From: an uncultured virus (IMG/VR IMGVR_UViG_3300022916_001241)
Lineage: Duplodnaviria; Heunggongvirae; Uroviricota; Caudoviricetes
Direction: 5' to 3' (one strand)
Length of the DNA: 64,000 nt
Virus record (IMG/VR): IMGVR_UViG_3300022916_001241
Shown: positions 8,624 to 18,772 of the stretch, one piece after another
How the letters are laid out: each line of letters starts with the position of its first letter
Numbering within the stretch: the first letter of the stretch is position 1
Notes under the pieces: generated by a model
Seen by the model: only the letters and a program-made list of their open reading frames with translations
The model's database searches: none
Told to the model about the DNA's origin: nothing
Translations under genes and position numbers: made by a program

Positions 8624-8944
8624 TTAACCCACCTGTTCAATAGCAAGGATTTCACAACTAGAATTCTCTTGCATTATTTTACCCTCTACGTCGTCAACTG
8701 ATTCAGCTAGCACTACTAAAATCTTTTCCTTGTTATCTTCAGTAATAAACATGACTTCATACAGGTTAAGCTCTTTATTTTCAATTAAAGCCCTTTCCTT
8801 TTTATTTATATCCCTCTTAATAATGCCAACAGAAGCCAACAATTTATTATTAATAACAACCTTCTCTTCATTTAGAATTTCATTTTTTTGTTCAATTGCA
8901 CTTTCAAACAATTTTCTTAAAAATTTCTTTTCTTTCTTATTCAT
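8624..8944 (-). CDS. Hypothetical protein, candidate head protein
   Basis: 106 aa, GAGGA RBS, LFE and ILNEE motifs near the N-terminus. Confidence 0.55.
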   Translation of the reverse strand: MNKKEKKFLRKLFESAIEQKNEILNEEKVVINNKLLASVGIIKRDINKKERALIENKELNLYEVMFITEDNKEKILVVLAESVDDVEGKIMQENSSCEILAIEQVG

Positions 8945-8958
8945 CTTATATATTCCTC

Positions 8959-9807
8959 TTATTTATTTGCTTCGTTAATAAATTCTGCTGCATTAAGCCA
9001 GCATTTAACACATTGTTCACTGCCAATCTTCATGTCATTATTATCAAAATAACCCTCTACCTCGTTAATAGCCTTCATTGTTATATCACTTTCAAGAATA
9101 TCATTGCTTTCCTTCAAAACATTTAAAGCCTTCCTTATTTCTATTTTTGATTCAACAACAACATTCTCAATAGAATCATTTAATATACCAGTCTTTGCAG
9201 CCAACAATCTAATTTGAACATCATTTAACTTGTTATTATATTTTTCAAAAAACTTTTTCTTCATAACAGAAATAACAACATTATTATAGACATCTTTGTT
9301 GCTGACCTCAAACTTACTTGCAACCTTGTCTTCCTTTAAAAGATATTCAACAACATCTTCTTCAAACTTAACAATATGCGCTTTATTATTAATACTTCCA
9401 TTTCCCCTATATTCATTTAATAAATTATGAATAGAGGCAAATTTATCATAATTGTCAACCCGCTCATTGTAAAAAGATGGACCAAAGCTATAATTAATCT
9501 CTTTAATTAACTTGCTCTTTTCTTTTTCTACCCTTTTAAAATTAACTTTAGATACTGCCCCTTTAATTTCTGAGAGGATTCTATATGCAGCTTCTTTTGT
9601 CTTTATGTTTGTGTCAGTTATAGCAGAAACAATTCTTAACTCTTGCTTGATTAATGAGTCATCATGAAAGTTTCTATCGAAAACTTCTACAGCCCTCTCA
9701 GCCTCATGGAAATCTTCGTCTATTAAGCATTTAGAAACATACCTAATAAAAAATTCACAAATAAGTGCAACGTTTCGTTTTTTATTATGAGAAATAGATT
9801 TTTCCAT
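8959..9807 (-). CDS. Hypothetical protein immediately downstream of portal (possible prohead core component)
   Basis: 282-aa predicted helical ORF, HNKKRN...EF N-terminus, closely coupled to the portal gene. Confidence 0.55.
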   Translation of the reverse strand: MEKSISHNKKRNVALICEFFIRYVSKCLIDEDFHEAERAVEVFDRNFHDDSLIKQELRIVSAITDTNIKTKEAAYRILSEIKGAVSKVNFKRVEKEKSKLIKEINYSFGPSFYNERVDNYDKFASIHNLLNEYRGNGSINNKAHIVKFEEDVVEYLLKEDKVASKFEVSNKDVYNNVVISVMKKKFFEKYNNKLNDVQIRLLAAKTGILNDSIENVVVESKIEIRKALNVLKESNDILESDITMKAINEVEGYFDNNDMKIGSEQCVKCWLNAAEFINEANK

Positions 9808-9809
9808 TT

Positions 9810-11858
9810 CTATTCTTCCTCCAATTTATTGTTATTTTCATCTTCGTTCAATTGTTTTACTCTACTATTAAAAGAAGTGTCATCTTTCAGAGAATTAATT
9901 AATCGCTTGACCTCAAAATCACTTCTTTTTACATATTCCTCATCAAAAACAGAACCAACTACTTCCTCTGATTCAACAGACATATCAGGTTCCAACAAGT
10001 TCTTTCTACTACGTTTTGAATATATGCTTGTGTTTAAATCAGCAATGTTATTAAGATCAGACGATGCTAAACTTTCTGGGCCGTGATGTTCACGACGATT
10101 ACGGTTATGTTTCAACCTATACTCTTCACCACGATCAGCAGAAGTCCGTTCATCTTTTTCTGTTTCGTCACTCTCTTCATCATCTTCAATCTCAACCAAC
10201 AAATCACCGCCTACAATATTCTTAGAGGCAAACAAGCCTCCCCCGCCGACCTCCGCAGGCTCCGTTCCGCCACCAACATCACCAGCACCAGCAGCAGCCA
10301 TCCCACCTTCGTCAGCACCAAACAACTCTTCTACAGGCTCACCAACATCTTCATCACCGAAATCCTCTTCGTCAAAACCACCACCACCGCCGCCAAACCC
10401 ACCGCCCATAAAGTCATCACCACCGCCGACATCCTCAACACCATTAGACAACTCATTTAACTCTGCATTCAGTAAAATATCTTCCTTAAGACCTTCATTA
10501 ATCTTTTCAATTTCCTTACTAGATAACTTATAAATTCTCTTTTGCAAGGATTTTCGATCTATGTGATGTTCAGGAACCATACCAGCAATCTCAAACCTTG
10601 TTCTCCAAAGTTCTAACTTTTGTTGTTCAGCAATATTTGATGGGTTTGTCAACTTTAATTCAAAATCAATTAAATCTTCTCCCTCAAAACCATGAGCATA
10701 TAAATGAATTATTGCTATTTTTGTTAATTCAGAAACTATTACCCTCTGAATTCTTTGAATAGACCTACTGAACCTAACATCTTCAGCAGACAACGTTGAC
10801 TTGCCCATTGTATCATCAAAGCCAAGATACGTTTTTGGCACTTGCAAAGCTGAAAATAGTTTCGCCCTAAAATATTCAATGTCTTCAACATCTCCAGTAT
10901 AGCTTCCACCAGCCAATGTCTCAATCTCTGTAGATTTGTCACCACGAACAGGAACATAATAATCTTGTTCTGTACTTAAAGCAGAATACCTTAAATCAAT
11001 TTGACCATTAGATGAATCAACAACATGATCTCGCTTTAATTGTGTTTTAATGTTTTCAATATACATTGGAACTTCATCAGGTGCAATATTTCCGACATCT
11101 ATTTTGAATACACGTCGTTCAGGACTCCTAACGATTCTGTACACCATAACGCTATCTTCCAACAAGGTTAATTGTCTAAAAATCCTTCTAGCACCATCTA
11201 AAACGGACATTCCATATGGAGCAAACGTATCGTTACCATTCAACCTGAAGTGGCTAATTTGCCAATTTTGTAAAACTTTATTTTGTGTTGCCCATCGATA
11301 TCTAACAGCCATTGGATTTTTAAGATCAAACCCCTCTTCTCTCTCGACATCTTGAACTGGAATTGGTAGAATCCCGACAATCCCATAATCAGGATCAACT
11401 TGGTTAAGCAAGAAACAATCTCCCCACTTACATAAGCTTCTTGTCCAACCCCACATATTAAATTCAACATTAAGAGTGTCAAAAAACAATGTTTCAAGAA
11501 GATCTTTAATTCGATCATTATCCGTCAAAATCTTCATAACACTGCCATTTTCGTCATAAGTAACACTTTCATCAGAATATAAATTTAATGCTGCTGAAAT
11601 AATTGGATCTGAATCCATTTCTGCGAAATCCGAATACCTTGCCATTCTATCATAAGCCGTATTAAACATTGTAGAACTATTATAAATAGAACTGTTCATC
11701 ATATGAGCCATTGACGCTTTTGAGAAGCCAGTATCTATTTCACCTGATAAGGCTGTTTTAATAATTGGGCCATCCCTAAACATCTTATTAAGCCTTGTAA
11801 AAAGATTAACCGCTCTCTTGACTCTAGAATCTTTTTTATTTTTTTCGTTATCTGCCAT
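9810..11858 (-). CDS. gp20: Portal protein, T4 gp20-like
   Basis: LEDSVMVYRIVRSPERRVFKIDVGN, DYYVPVRG, EIETLAGG, DIEYFRAKLFSALQVP and EDVRFSR are gp20-family motifs. Confidence 0.95.
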   Translation of the reverse strand: MADNEKNKKDSRVKRAVNLFTRLNKMFRDGPIIKTALSGEIDTGFSKASMAHMMNSSIYNSSTMFNTAYDRMARYSDFAEMDSDPIISAALNLYSDESVTYDENGSVMKILTDNDRIKDLLETLFFDTLNVEFNMWGWTRSLCKWGDCFLLNQVDPDYGIVGILPIPVQDVEREEGFDLKNPMAVRYRWATQNKVLQNWQISHFRLNGNDTFAPYGMSVLDGARRIFRQLTLLEDSVMVYRIVRSPERRVFKIDVGNIAPDEVPMYIENIKTQLKRDHVVDSSNGQIDLRYSALSTEQDYYVPVRGDKSTEIETLAGGSYTGDVEDIEYFRAKLFSALQVPKTYLGFDDTMGKSTLSAEDVRFSRSIQRIQRVIVSELTKIAIIHLYAHGFEGEDLIDFELKLTNPSNIAEQQKLELWRTRFEIAGMVPEHHIDRKSLQKRIYKLSSKEIEKINEGLKEDILLNAELNELSNGVEDVGGGDDFMGGGFGGGGGGFDEEDFGDEDVGEPVEELFGADEGGMAAAGAGDVGGGTEPAEVGGGGLFASKNIVGGDLLVEIEDDEESDETEKDERTSADRGEEYRLKHNRNRREHHGPESLASSDLNNIADLNTSIYSKRSRKNLLEPDMSVESEEVVGSVFDEEYVKRSDFEVKRLINSLKDDTSFNSRVKQLNEDENNNKLEEE

Positions 11859-11923
11859 ATTTAACCTCTAAAACATTATTATATTATTTATTATTTTATC
11901 ATAACTTAACTATCTTTTAAAAC

Positions 11924-13543
11924 TTAATAAAGCCAATTTAAATTACCTAGTTCTTTTTTTATCAACCTTTTCTTACTATTACTAATGTCTACATTCCCAA
12001 AAAACAATGCACTTTCTGCCATATTTAACGAATTTGATATCCCTGAAAGCTCTTTAATTGACTCAAAGTCAGAACTAGTCATTGAAATACAACTAACAAA
12101 AACTTTATCTAGTTCTTCTTGATTTAACATTCCAGCAAAAATAACATCTAACAACCAAGCTGCTATAGACATTGCAAGAATAGTATCATCATTACAACCT
12201 TTTTGTGCTTCAGGCCTTCCATTATTCCACACAAACGACTTCATTTCGTCTAACGTTCTTTCACTATATATTCTAATTTGCTTATTTCTTACCATTTCTT
12301 CTAACTTAGAAACATATAATGGCCTAGATCCTGCTGATGTTGGTATGCCCATTACATAATCTTTTCTACCCTCATAGGCAAACATTCCAACACCACCCTT
12401 TGTTTTCGACTTATGAGAATAATAAATATTTTTATATTCTAAATCTTTTAGCTTACTAAGAACAGCCCAACCATAACTATTGTTCTCAATTGCAACTATC
12501 GCATTATTATATATTTTTGCTGTCCTATTAATTAATTCAGCATATCTGTCCGTAGGTATTCTACCAACATATTCCGCAACTTGTTCCCTACTAGCCATAT
12601 CAATAACATGAAATGCAGAATTATCATTTCCATCACCCCTAGCAACATCAGCAGACAACAAATACTGAATGTCTTGTTTTGGCTCTATAAAATACCATAA
12701 ATTATCTTCAAATGATGCTGAGGTGAACTTGTTAAAAATGTTATCTCCAACAAATTTTATATCTGATCCCCCAAAATATGTATCTCCAGATTGCTCAAAT
12801 GAACATAGGTACTCTCTAGCTCTTTTTTGATCTATCATGTTTTTAGTTTCTTCATCAAACCAAGCTTGATCTCTTTCTGGGTGTACGTCCCACATTAATT
12901 TTGTCGGGAAAAACCTATTTTTACCAACCTCGGCCTCTTTCCACAATCTATGGTAAGTTGAACCAACACCCCTCGGAGTACTAACAATAACACACCTACC
13001 ACCAGTTGAAATAGTGGGTTCAATTGATGCCCACAATTCACCAAAATCTTGAATCACTGCTGCTTCATCAATTACTAACAATGATAATGATTCAGACACA
13101 CCACTATTCCCAGTTGTTGCCTCCACCTTAATTGCAGACCGATTTGAAAACTCTATCTGATTTTTATTATCTGTTACCATCTCTGACATTTTTAGCCAAT
13201 TTGGTAACAAATTATACATGATGCGAACCTTTTTAAGCATGTTCCTGGCTGATCCCTGTTTGTTTGCAACAATAAGCACGTTTTTATCTTTGTGAAAAAG
13301 AGTAAACCACAGAATAAAGCCAGCCACGTCAGTAGAGATACCAAGTTGCCTAGCCTTAAGCACAATGTTATGCCTATGCTTTATTAAGTCTTTATTTAAT
13401 TGTTCCTGATAGTCGAATAGGGCAAAAGGAATTATACCCCTTGTAATATGTTGAATTTTACCATATTTTCTTAAGAAATAATTAACATCCTTTCCAGATC
13501 TTATTATTTCCTGAGTTATTTGTAATTTACTTTTTTTAGCCAT
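11924..13543 (-). CDS. gp17: Terminase large subunit, T4 gp17-like
   Basis: Walker A KARQLGIS, Walker B LLVIDEAA, coupling motif VSTPRG, nuclease motifs ADVARGDG and NDD. Confidence 0.95.
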   Translation of the reverse strand: MAKKSKLQITQEIIRSGKDVNYFLRKYGKIQHITRGIIPFALFDYQEQLNKDLIKHRHNIVLKARQLGISTDVAGFILWFTLFHKDKNVLIVANKQGSARNMLKKVRIMYNLLPNWLKMSEMVTDNKNQIEFSNRSAIKVEATTGNSGVSESLSLLVIDEAAVIQDFGELWASIEPTISTGGRCVIVSTPRGVGSTYHRLWKEAEVGKNRFFPTKLMWDVHPERDQAWFDEETKNMIDQKRAREYLCSFEQSGDTYFGGSDIKFVGDNIFNKFTSASFEDNLWYFIEPKQDIQYLLSADVARGDGNDNSAFHVIDMASREQVAEYVGRIPTDRYAELINRTAKIYNNAIVAIENNSYGWAVLSKLKDLEYKNIYYSHKSKTKGGVGMFAYEGRKDYVMGIPTSAGSRPLYVSKLEEMVRNKQIRIYSERTLDEMKSFVWNNGRPEAQKGCNDDTILAMSIAAWLLDVIFAGMLNQEELDKVFVSCISMTSSDFESIKELSGISNSLNMAESALFFGNVDISNSKKRLIKKELGNLNWLY

Positions 13544-13657
13544 AAAGAGTTCCCAAACAAATTATATTGCTGAGTTTTAACAACTATTAAATATAATTAG
13601 TAATTAGAAACTTTTATTTACTAGTTTTTTTTATTTTTTTTGTTTTTAGGCGAAGGA

Positions 13658-14146
13658 TTATTTGATTGTAATTTCTTTTGGCTCCATAGCAGCAACCAGC
13701 TTTTTATCTTTTGGGATGAAAACCTTAAGAACACCATTGACAACTTCAGCAGAAACCTTTGAACAATCATACATGTTGTCAATAATCCAAACTTTATTAA
13801 CCTTAAGATCTGGAGCAAAACCCTTAAACTCTTCTGGATTCTTATCGCCAATGTCAACTTTAAAGATCAAAACATTATCCCCATTACAATCAGCCTCTGT
13901 ACTTAACTTAACCCACTCCTTTTCAACACCTGGAATTGGGACATCGACATTAAGTCCATGATCATCCACATAATACTTATAACTTTGACACTGATCATTA
14001 AGACTAACATTACCATCATCATCAAAAAATTTAAATAGGCTTGATTGCATTTCAGGCCAAGTTACACCAAAGGCATCACCAAACTTACGGCCACGACCAC
14101 ACATATTAGGGCCAGTTCCATCCATTTTTCTCATTCTGTTTCTCAT
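13658..14146 (-). CDS. hsp20: Small heat-shock protein (Hsp20/alpha-crystallin)
   Basis: VDVPIPGVEKEWVKL and VSAEVVNGVLKVFIPK...KEITIK motifs. Start reassigned to ATG 14146, which has an AGGAGG RBS. Confidence 0.85.
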   Translation of the reverse strand: MRNRMRKMDGTGPNMCGRGRKFGDAFGVTWPEMQSSLFKFFDDDGNVSLNDQCQSYKYYVDDHGLNVDVPIPGVEKEWVKLSTEADCNGDNVLIFKVDIGDKNPEEFKGFAPDLKVNKVWIIDNMYDCSKVSAEVVNGVLKVFIPKDKKLVAAMEPKEITIK

Positions 14147-14195
14147 TTCAAAACCTCCTACTAAATTTAAATTATTTGCTTCAAAAATTATAATC

Positions 14196-14225
14196 ATAAT
14201 ATAATAGATAGCTATGTTTTGTCAA
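14196..14225 (-). promoter_or_regulatory. Candidate sigma70-type promoter for hsp20
   Basis: Minus strand TTGACA (14225-14220) followed by TATATT at 16-nt spacing or TATTAT at 18-nt spacing, about 50 nt upstream of the hsp20 start. Confidence 0.6.
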
Positions 14226-15187
14226 GAGCACTTTTGAATATTTTCCAAAAAACAACTAACACTATCTTTTGAGTCTAGGCTATAAGCAGATTTTTCTATA
14301 CTTAACTTGTTGTCTACCCTTGCTGATACCCTAAGCGCAGCGGATCTAAAGTATTTAGGATCTTCTTCCAACTTATTTAACAACCACGCCCTTTCCTTGT
14401 CACTCAAAAAGTTATTATTTTTAATGCTACTATTCACCATTTTTTTTGACATCCCGCTTTTTCTACCATAAGCTCCCATCCTAACCTCAATATTAACCTT
14501 CGGAACATCAAAACTATTCACACCTACCTCATTAAGACTTGCTGGATCTTTACCCAAATAATATAATCCATGACCACCTATCTGAATATAAAAAACATTT
14601 TTATTATTATACAAGTCAACAACAAACCTACTATCAAGTACTATAGAATTATTTTTACCATACATATCAGCTTGTCTTCTAGAGTTTGTACCTTTGTTGC
14701 CACAATAATTCCAAGCATTACTTGTTGTAACAACAGGAAACTTATTATAACCAAACCTTACAAACTTGTCTACAGCACTCTTGCCAATAAAGTCACCGTC
14801 ATCCACCCCAATATCATACTTCATAGAGACAATATCATCAAAAACTTTAACAAACAACCCTCTTTTCTCATTAATTTTACCAACAATATATTTAGAAATA
14901 TTACCATCCATCTTTCTTAATGATTCAGATAATTGTAAGTCATATAAATTACCACTCAAAATACCAGAACCCATATAATCGCTAATAGAGTTTTTAACTT
15001 CCAGATTGTAACAAACATCATTTATCTTAAAATCAAGATCCGCACCTGTAGAACTTTTTGCATTATTAGATATTACACCACCAATACCACAAGAAGCAAT
15101 ACTTTCAAAAACTTTACTTTCATATATATACCCAATATTTTCTTTCATAACATTATTATCATTATTTGTCAAAACAAAACCTCTCAA
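14222..15187 (-). CDS. Putative PD-(D/E)XK restriction-endonuclease-like protein
   Basis: YE...GADLDF...NLEVK fits the E...D...ExK pattern; also YIQIGGHGLYYLG. Start uncertain. Confidence 0.5.
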   Translation of the reverse strand: MRGFVLTNNDNNVMKENIGYIYESKVFESIASCGIGGVISNNAKSSTGADLDFKINDVCYNLEVKNSISDYMGSGILSGNLYDLQLSESLRKMDGNISKYIVGKINEKRGLFVKVFDDIVSMKYDIGVDDGDFIGKSAVDKFVRFGYNKFPVVTTSNAWNYCGNKGTNSRRQADMYGKNNSIVLDSRFVVDLYNNKNVFYIQIGGHGLYYLGKDPASLNEVGVNSFDVPKVNIEVRMGAYGRKSGMSKKMVNSSIKNNNFLSDKERAWLLNKLEEDPKYFRSAALRVSARVDNKLSIEKSAYSLDSKDSVSCFLENIQKCS

Positions 15188-15226
15188 TAACTAAAATTAA
15201 AAAACGTAAACCACTAAAATTATTAA

Positions 15227-15565
15227 TTATTTTTTATCACGCCACTTGTCATAAACAATCACTTCTTCATCAGTCATTTGTTTTAAATTATCTTTATCCC
15301 AATCATCTTCTCTGCCTTCTACAAAATAAATATAACAACTAAAACAACACTTGTGCCTAAAATAATAACCTTTATCTACATCAATAATCATTGGCCTGTG
15401 ACAAACTGGGCAACGTGACGGAACCTTGTTTTCTACAAAATCTTTATCTAACCTCATCTTTGACATAGTTGACCAAAAACCGCCCCCATTACCATTGTCT
15501 TTCCAAACACGAACCTTACCGTTACCCAAGTCTTCAATAAACCCATCATGTAAACAATCAGACAT
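15227..15565 (-). CDS. Small zinc-finger-like protein
   Basis: CPVC...CCFSC cysteine pairs. Confidence 0.55.
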   Translation of the reverse strand: MSDCLHDGFIEDLGNGKVRVWKDNGNGGGFWSTMSKMRLDKDFVENKVPSRCPVCHRPMIIDVDKGYYFRHKCCFSCYIYFVEGREDDWDKDNLKQMTDEEVIVYDKWRDKK

Positions 15566-15580
15566 ATAAACCCCCAGTTT

Positions 15581-18500
15581 TCAAATCACAATTTTTGCAT
15601 TATGATTTTGATCTAAATCAATATCTATAATATTGTCAGCAACGTCTTTCAAAGAATCAATATGCGTAACAATAATAATGTTCTTGAAATATTGTTTAAG
15701 CTTTACTAACATATCAGACATACTTTCAACCTTATTGCCATCAAGAGCACTAAACCCCTCATCAATTATAAATGAAGATGATCTTGGAATACTTGAAACC
15801 AAACATAACCCTGCTCTAATTGCAATTGATGAAATAGTTTTTTCCATTCCAGAGGCAATTTGAACAGGACGGGGATCAGTATCTGGATATACAAGATTAA
15901 TAAATATATTACTGTTACTGTCATAATCTAATAATATTTTAAAAGAAACTACATCTGACAACAACAAGTTAATTGTGTTGTTAATAATTGGCAAGTTTTT
16001 TGAAATTATTTGTTTTGGAATACCATTCTTACCTAAACAATCTGATAACAAGCTATATACATTATACTTTTTTAAGCAATTATCATAATCAAGTCTTTTT
16101 ATTTTCCACTCATTTAATGTCGTAACAACAGATCCAACGCTTTTGTTAAGATCTGCAATGTTTTCATTAGCTTTTTTAATCACCTTTGCTTTATTTGGCC
16201 TTTCTGCCATCAAAACTCTTATTTGTTCATTTAATTCCTTATTTAACTCTATTTGATTCTTATCATTATTATAAACTTCAACCTTTTTTAACAACTCCAA
16301 CCTAGACTCTTTTAACTTGGAAACAATAGATTTTTTATTACTTAAGTCATTTAATATTTCTGACTTACTCTTATTCAACTTGTGTTCATTTGAAATTATT
16401 TTTTCTATTTTATTATAATTACCAACAAAACCACTCTCTTCTATTTCAAAAATCTCGACACTACATTCATTAATATTTTCACCAAGCTCCTCTAACTCTA
16501 ACCTCACACCCTCAAGCTTATCCCTAGAAGCAACAGCATCTAAAATTAAAGGACACTTGGAGAACACATCCTTAAAATCACTTAAATCACCACAAGGAAT
16601 TTTACTAAGAATCTTTACCCTGTTTTCAATATCACATAGAAAATCTTTTTTATACCCCTTTTCACCTTCAAAATTATCAACATCATTAAGTAACGAATCA
16701 TAATTTGACTTCTTTGTTTTCATTTCCTCAAAATTATATTCACTCAAAATTTTAGCACTAATGTCTAATTTTTCATTAACACTAAGAAGGCTATTTTCAA
16801 CATTAAAAATCTCATCAACCATGCCATTAATCTTATCATCAGCCTTCCCCAGCTTTATATTAACATCTTTAATATCAATCAAATCTACGTCAACTACCTT
16901 TGAATGAAGAGCACTAACCTTTTTATCTATATCATTAAGACATTTTAACTCTTTAACATATATGTTATTATTCTTTTTTAACTCTTTTTCAAACTCACCC
17001 AACCTAGATTTACAACCTTCTATCTCTTCATCAAAGTCAATGTCATCATATTGTTTCAACTTAGATTTAACACTTCTAAAATTGTCATTAACTAAATCAT
17101 ATCTTTCTTCAAAAAAATATAGATCCAAAAACTTCATAATAATCTCTTTTCTTAAAGTAGCGCCCTTGTTAATAAACGACATGATATCACCCTGAGATGC
17201 CACTGATGAAAGAAAAAGATCATCTACAGAACCAAACATAGATCTAATATTCTTCTCAGTATCAAACCTTTGCTCACCATTTAAACATATATCATTACCC
17301 TCACTATCAATTCTAAAAAAATCTAAATCAGTTTTAGACTGTATAACACCACTACTATTTTTGATTTTTTGAACAGTCCTAACAATTTTATACTTATTTC
17401 CACCAACCTTCAATATCAACTCACCAAAACACTTTTTAGCCCTAGAGTTAATATATTCAATATTTTTTGTAACCAGCCTATTAGTTGTATTATGCATGAT
17501 ATGACAAATGGTATCAATTGCTGCTGACTTACCAATTGCATTTTGGCCAGAGATTAAATTTATTTTATTGTCTAGTTTTGAAAAATTTATTATATTTCTT
17601 CTACCATAATTAAAATAATTTCCAAACCTTAAACGATCAAAATCCCAAACAACATTTCTGACCAAACCATCACTAGACAAGTTATCATCTAAATCTAAGT
17701 TTAACTTAACAACACTATCTATAACACTCTTTTTAATATCCTTGTTCTTAAAATAATTCCTTATTAACGATGACTGGACATCTCTATTTCTAATATTGTC
17801 TGATATTACCTTTAGGCTTTCAAAATCATCACTATTAAAGCTCATAGATGAGCTATGAATCTCTCTAATATCTTTTGGCTTAAATTTACTAATAATCTTA
17901 GACTTGAACTTGGCTAATTTAGCAAAATTTACATTATCATCAATAGCTATTCTAATCCTAGAGTTTGGTTTAGGGTTAAACCACGATGGAATCTTACACT
18001 CTTTATCAACATTGATAGTGTAAAACTTTAATGGTGAATCAACAACAACAAACTCCGTATCAAAACTATCCCTATCGTCAATTTTCCACAATAAAAACCC
18101 GCTATCTAAACTCTCACCAAAGTTATTCTGCAACAAACTGCCAGCATATGCACATCGCTTATCTTCATCTAAAAACTGATGTTTATGAATGTCGCCCAAC
18201 ATAACAAAGTCAAGCCCATTAAACATAGAAAGATCATGCTCACTAGTAAACAAAAAACCAGTCTCATTATCAGAACCACGAACACATATATGTGCAAGGC
18301 CAATAGAAATATCAGACTTTTTTATTTGTTTGTTATTTTTTATATTTTTTATGCCAACATCATTATTATCAACAATGGAATAAACGGCAAAACATACATT
18401 TTTCCCAGCAACCTCACAATTATATAATCCAGAACCATAATACAACTCTAAATTTTCCATCACATTACAAACTGGTATAACTGGAGATATTCTATTGGAA

Positions 18501-18760
18501 TTATTAACATTAATATCATGATTGCCTAATATCACTTTGACGGGCGCTATTTTAGTTAAACCAGAAAAAAACTTTTGCGCTAATAAAATTGCCTCACCAG
18601 ATATTTGTATTTTTGTGTGAAAACAATCGCCAGTAAAAACAATTAAATCAGGTTTAACTTTTTCTAATTCGACAATTAAATTATTTATTGTTTTATCAAA
18701 CTCATTATAAAACTTATAATTTCTAACATGTAAGTCAGATATATGTGCTATCTTAATCAT
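15581..18760 (-). CDS. Fused SbcD(Mre11/gp47)-SbcC(Rad50/gp46) recombination nuclease-ATPase
   Basis: Phosphoesterase motifs DLH, GD, GNHD and GDIH; Walker A GQNAIGKS; coiled coil; signature ASGME; Walker B FIIDEG; SALD; H-loop VTH. All in one ORF. Confidence 0.92.
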   Translation of the reverse strand: MIKIAHISDLHVRNYKFYNEFDKTINNLIVELEKVKPDLIVFTGDCFHTKIQISGEAILLAQKFFSGLTKIAPVKVILGNHDINVNNSNRISPVIPVCNVMENLELYYGSGLYNCEVAGKNVCFAVYSIVDNNDVGIKNIKNNKQIKKSDISIGLAHICVRGSDNETGFLFTSEHDLSMFNGLDFVMLGDIHKHQFLDEDKRCAYAGSLLQNNFGESLDSGFLLWKIDDRDSFDTEFVVVDSPLKFYTINVDKECKIPSWFNPKPNSRIRIAIDDNVNFAKLAKFKSKIISKFKPKDIREIHSSSMSFNSDDFESLKVISDNIRNRDVQSSLIRNYFKNKDIKKSVIDSVVKLNLDLDDNLSSDGLVRNVVWDFDRLRFGNYFNYGRRNIINFSKLDNKINLISGQNAIGKSAAIDTICHIMHNTTNRLVTKNIEYINSRAKKCFGELILKVGGNKYKIVRTVQKIKNSSGVIQSKTDLDFFRIDSEGNDICLNGEQRFDTEKNIRSMFGSVDDLFLSSVASQGDIMSFINKGATLRKEIIMKFLDLYFFEERYDLVNDNFRSVKSKLKQYDDIDFDEEIEGCKSRLGEFEKELKKNNNIYVKELKCLNDIDKKVSALHSKVVDVDLIDIKDVNIKLGKADDKINGMVDEIFNVENSLLSVNEKLDISAKILSEYNFEEMKTKKSNYDSLLNDVDNFEGEKGYKKDFLCDIENRVKILSKIPCGDLSDFKDVFSKCPLILDAVASRDKLEGVRLELEELGENINECSVEIFEIEESGFVGNYNKIEKIISNEHKLNKSKSEILNDLSNKKSIVSKLKESRLELLKKVEVYNNDKNQIELNKELNEQIRVLMAERPNKAKVIKKANENIADLNKSVGSVVTTLNEWKIKRLDYDNCLKKYNVYSLLSDCLGKNGIPKQIISKNLPIINNTINLLLSDVVSFKILLDYDSNSNIFINLVYPDTDPRPVQIASGMEKTISSIAIRAGLCLVSSIPRSSSFIIDEGFSALDGNKVESMSDMLVKLKQYFKNIIIVTHIDSLKDVADNIIDIDLDQNHNAKIVI

Positions 18761-18772
18761 TTAACCTCATTT

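Noticed and set aside
14147..14197. Track's extended N-terminus of Hsp20 (similarly 8620-8655, 48575-48661 and 51183-51209)
   Set aside because: Downstream starts have better RBSs or avoid overlap with the neighbouring gene or promoter.
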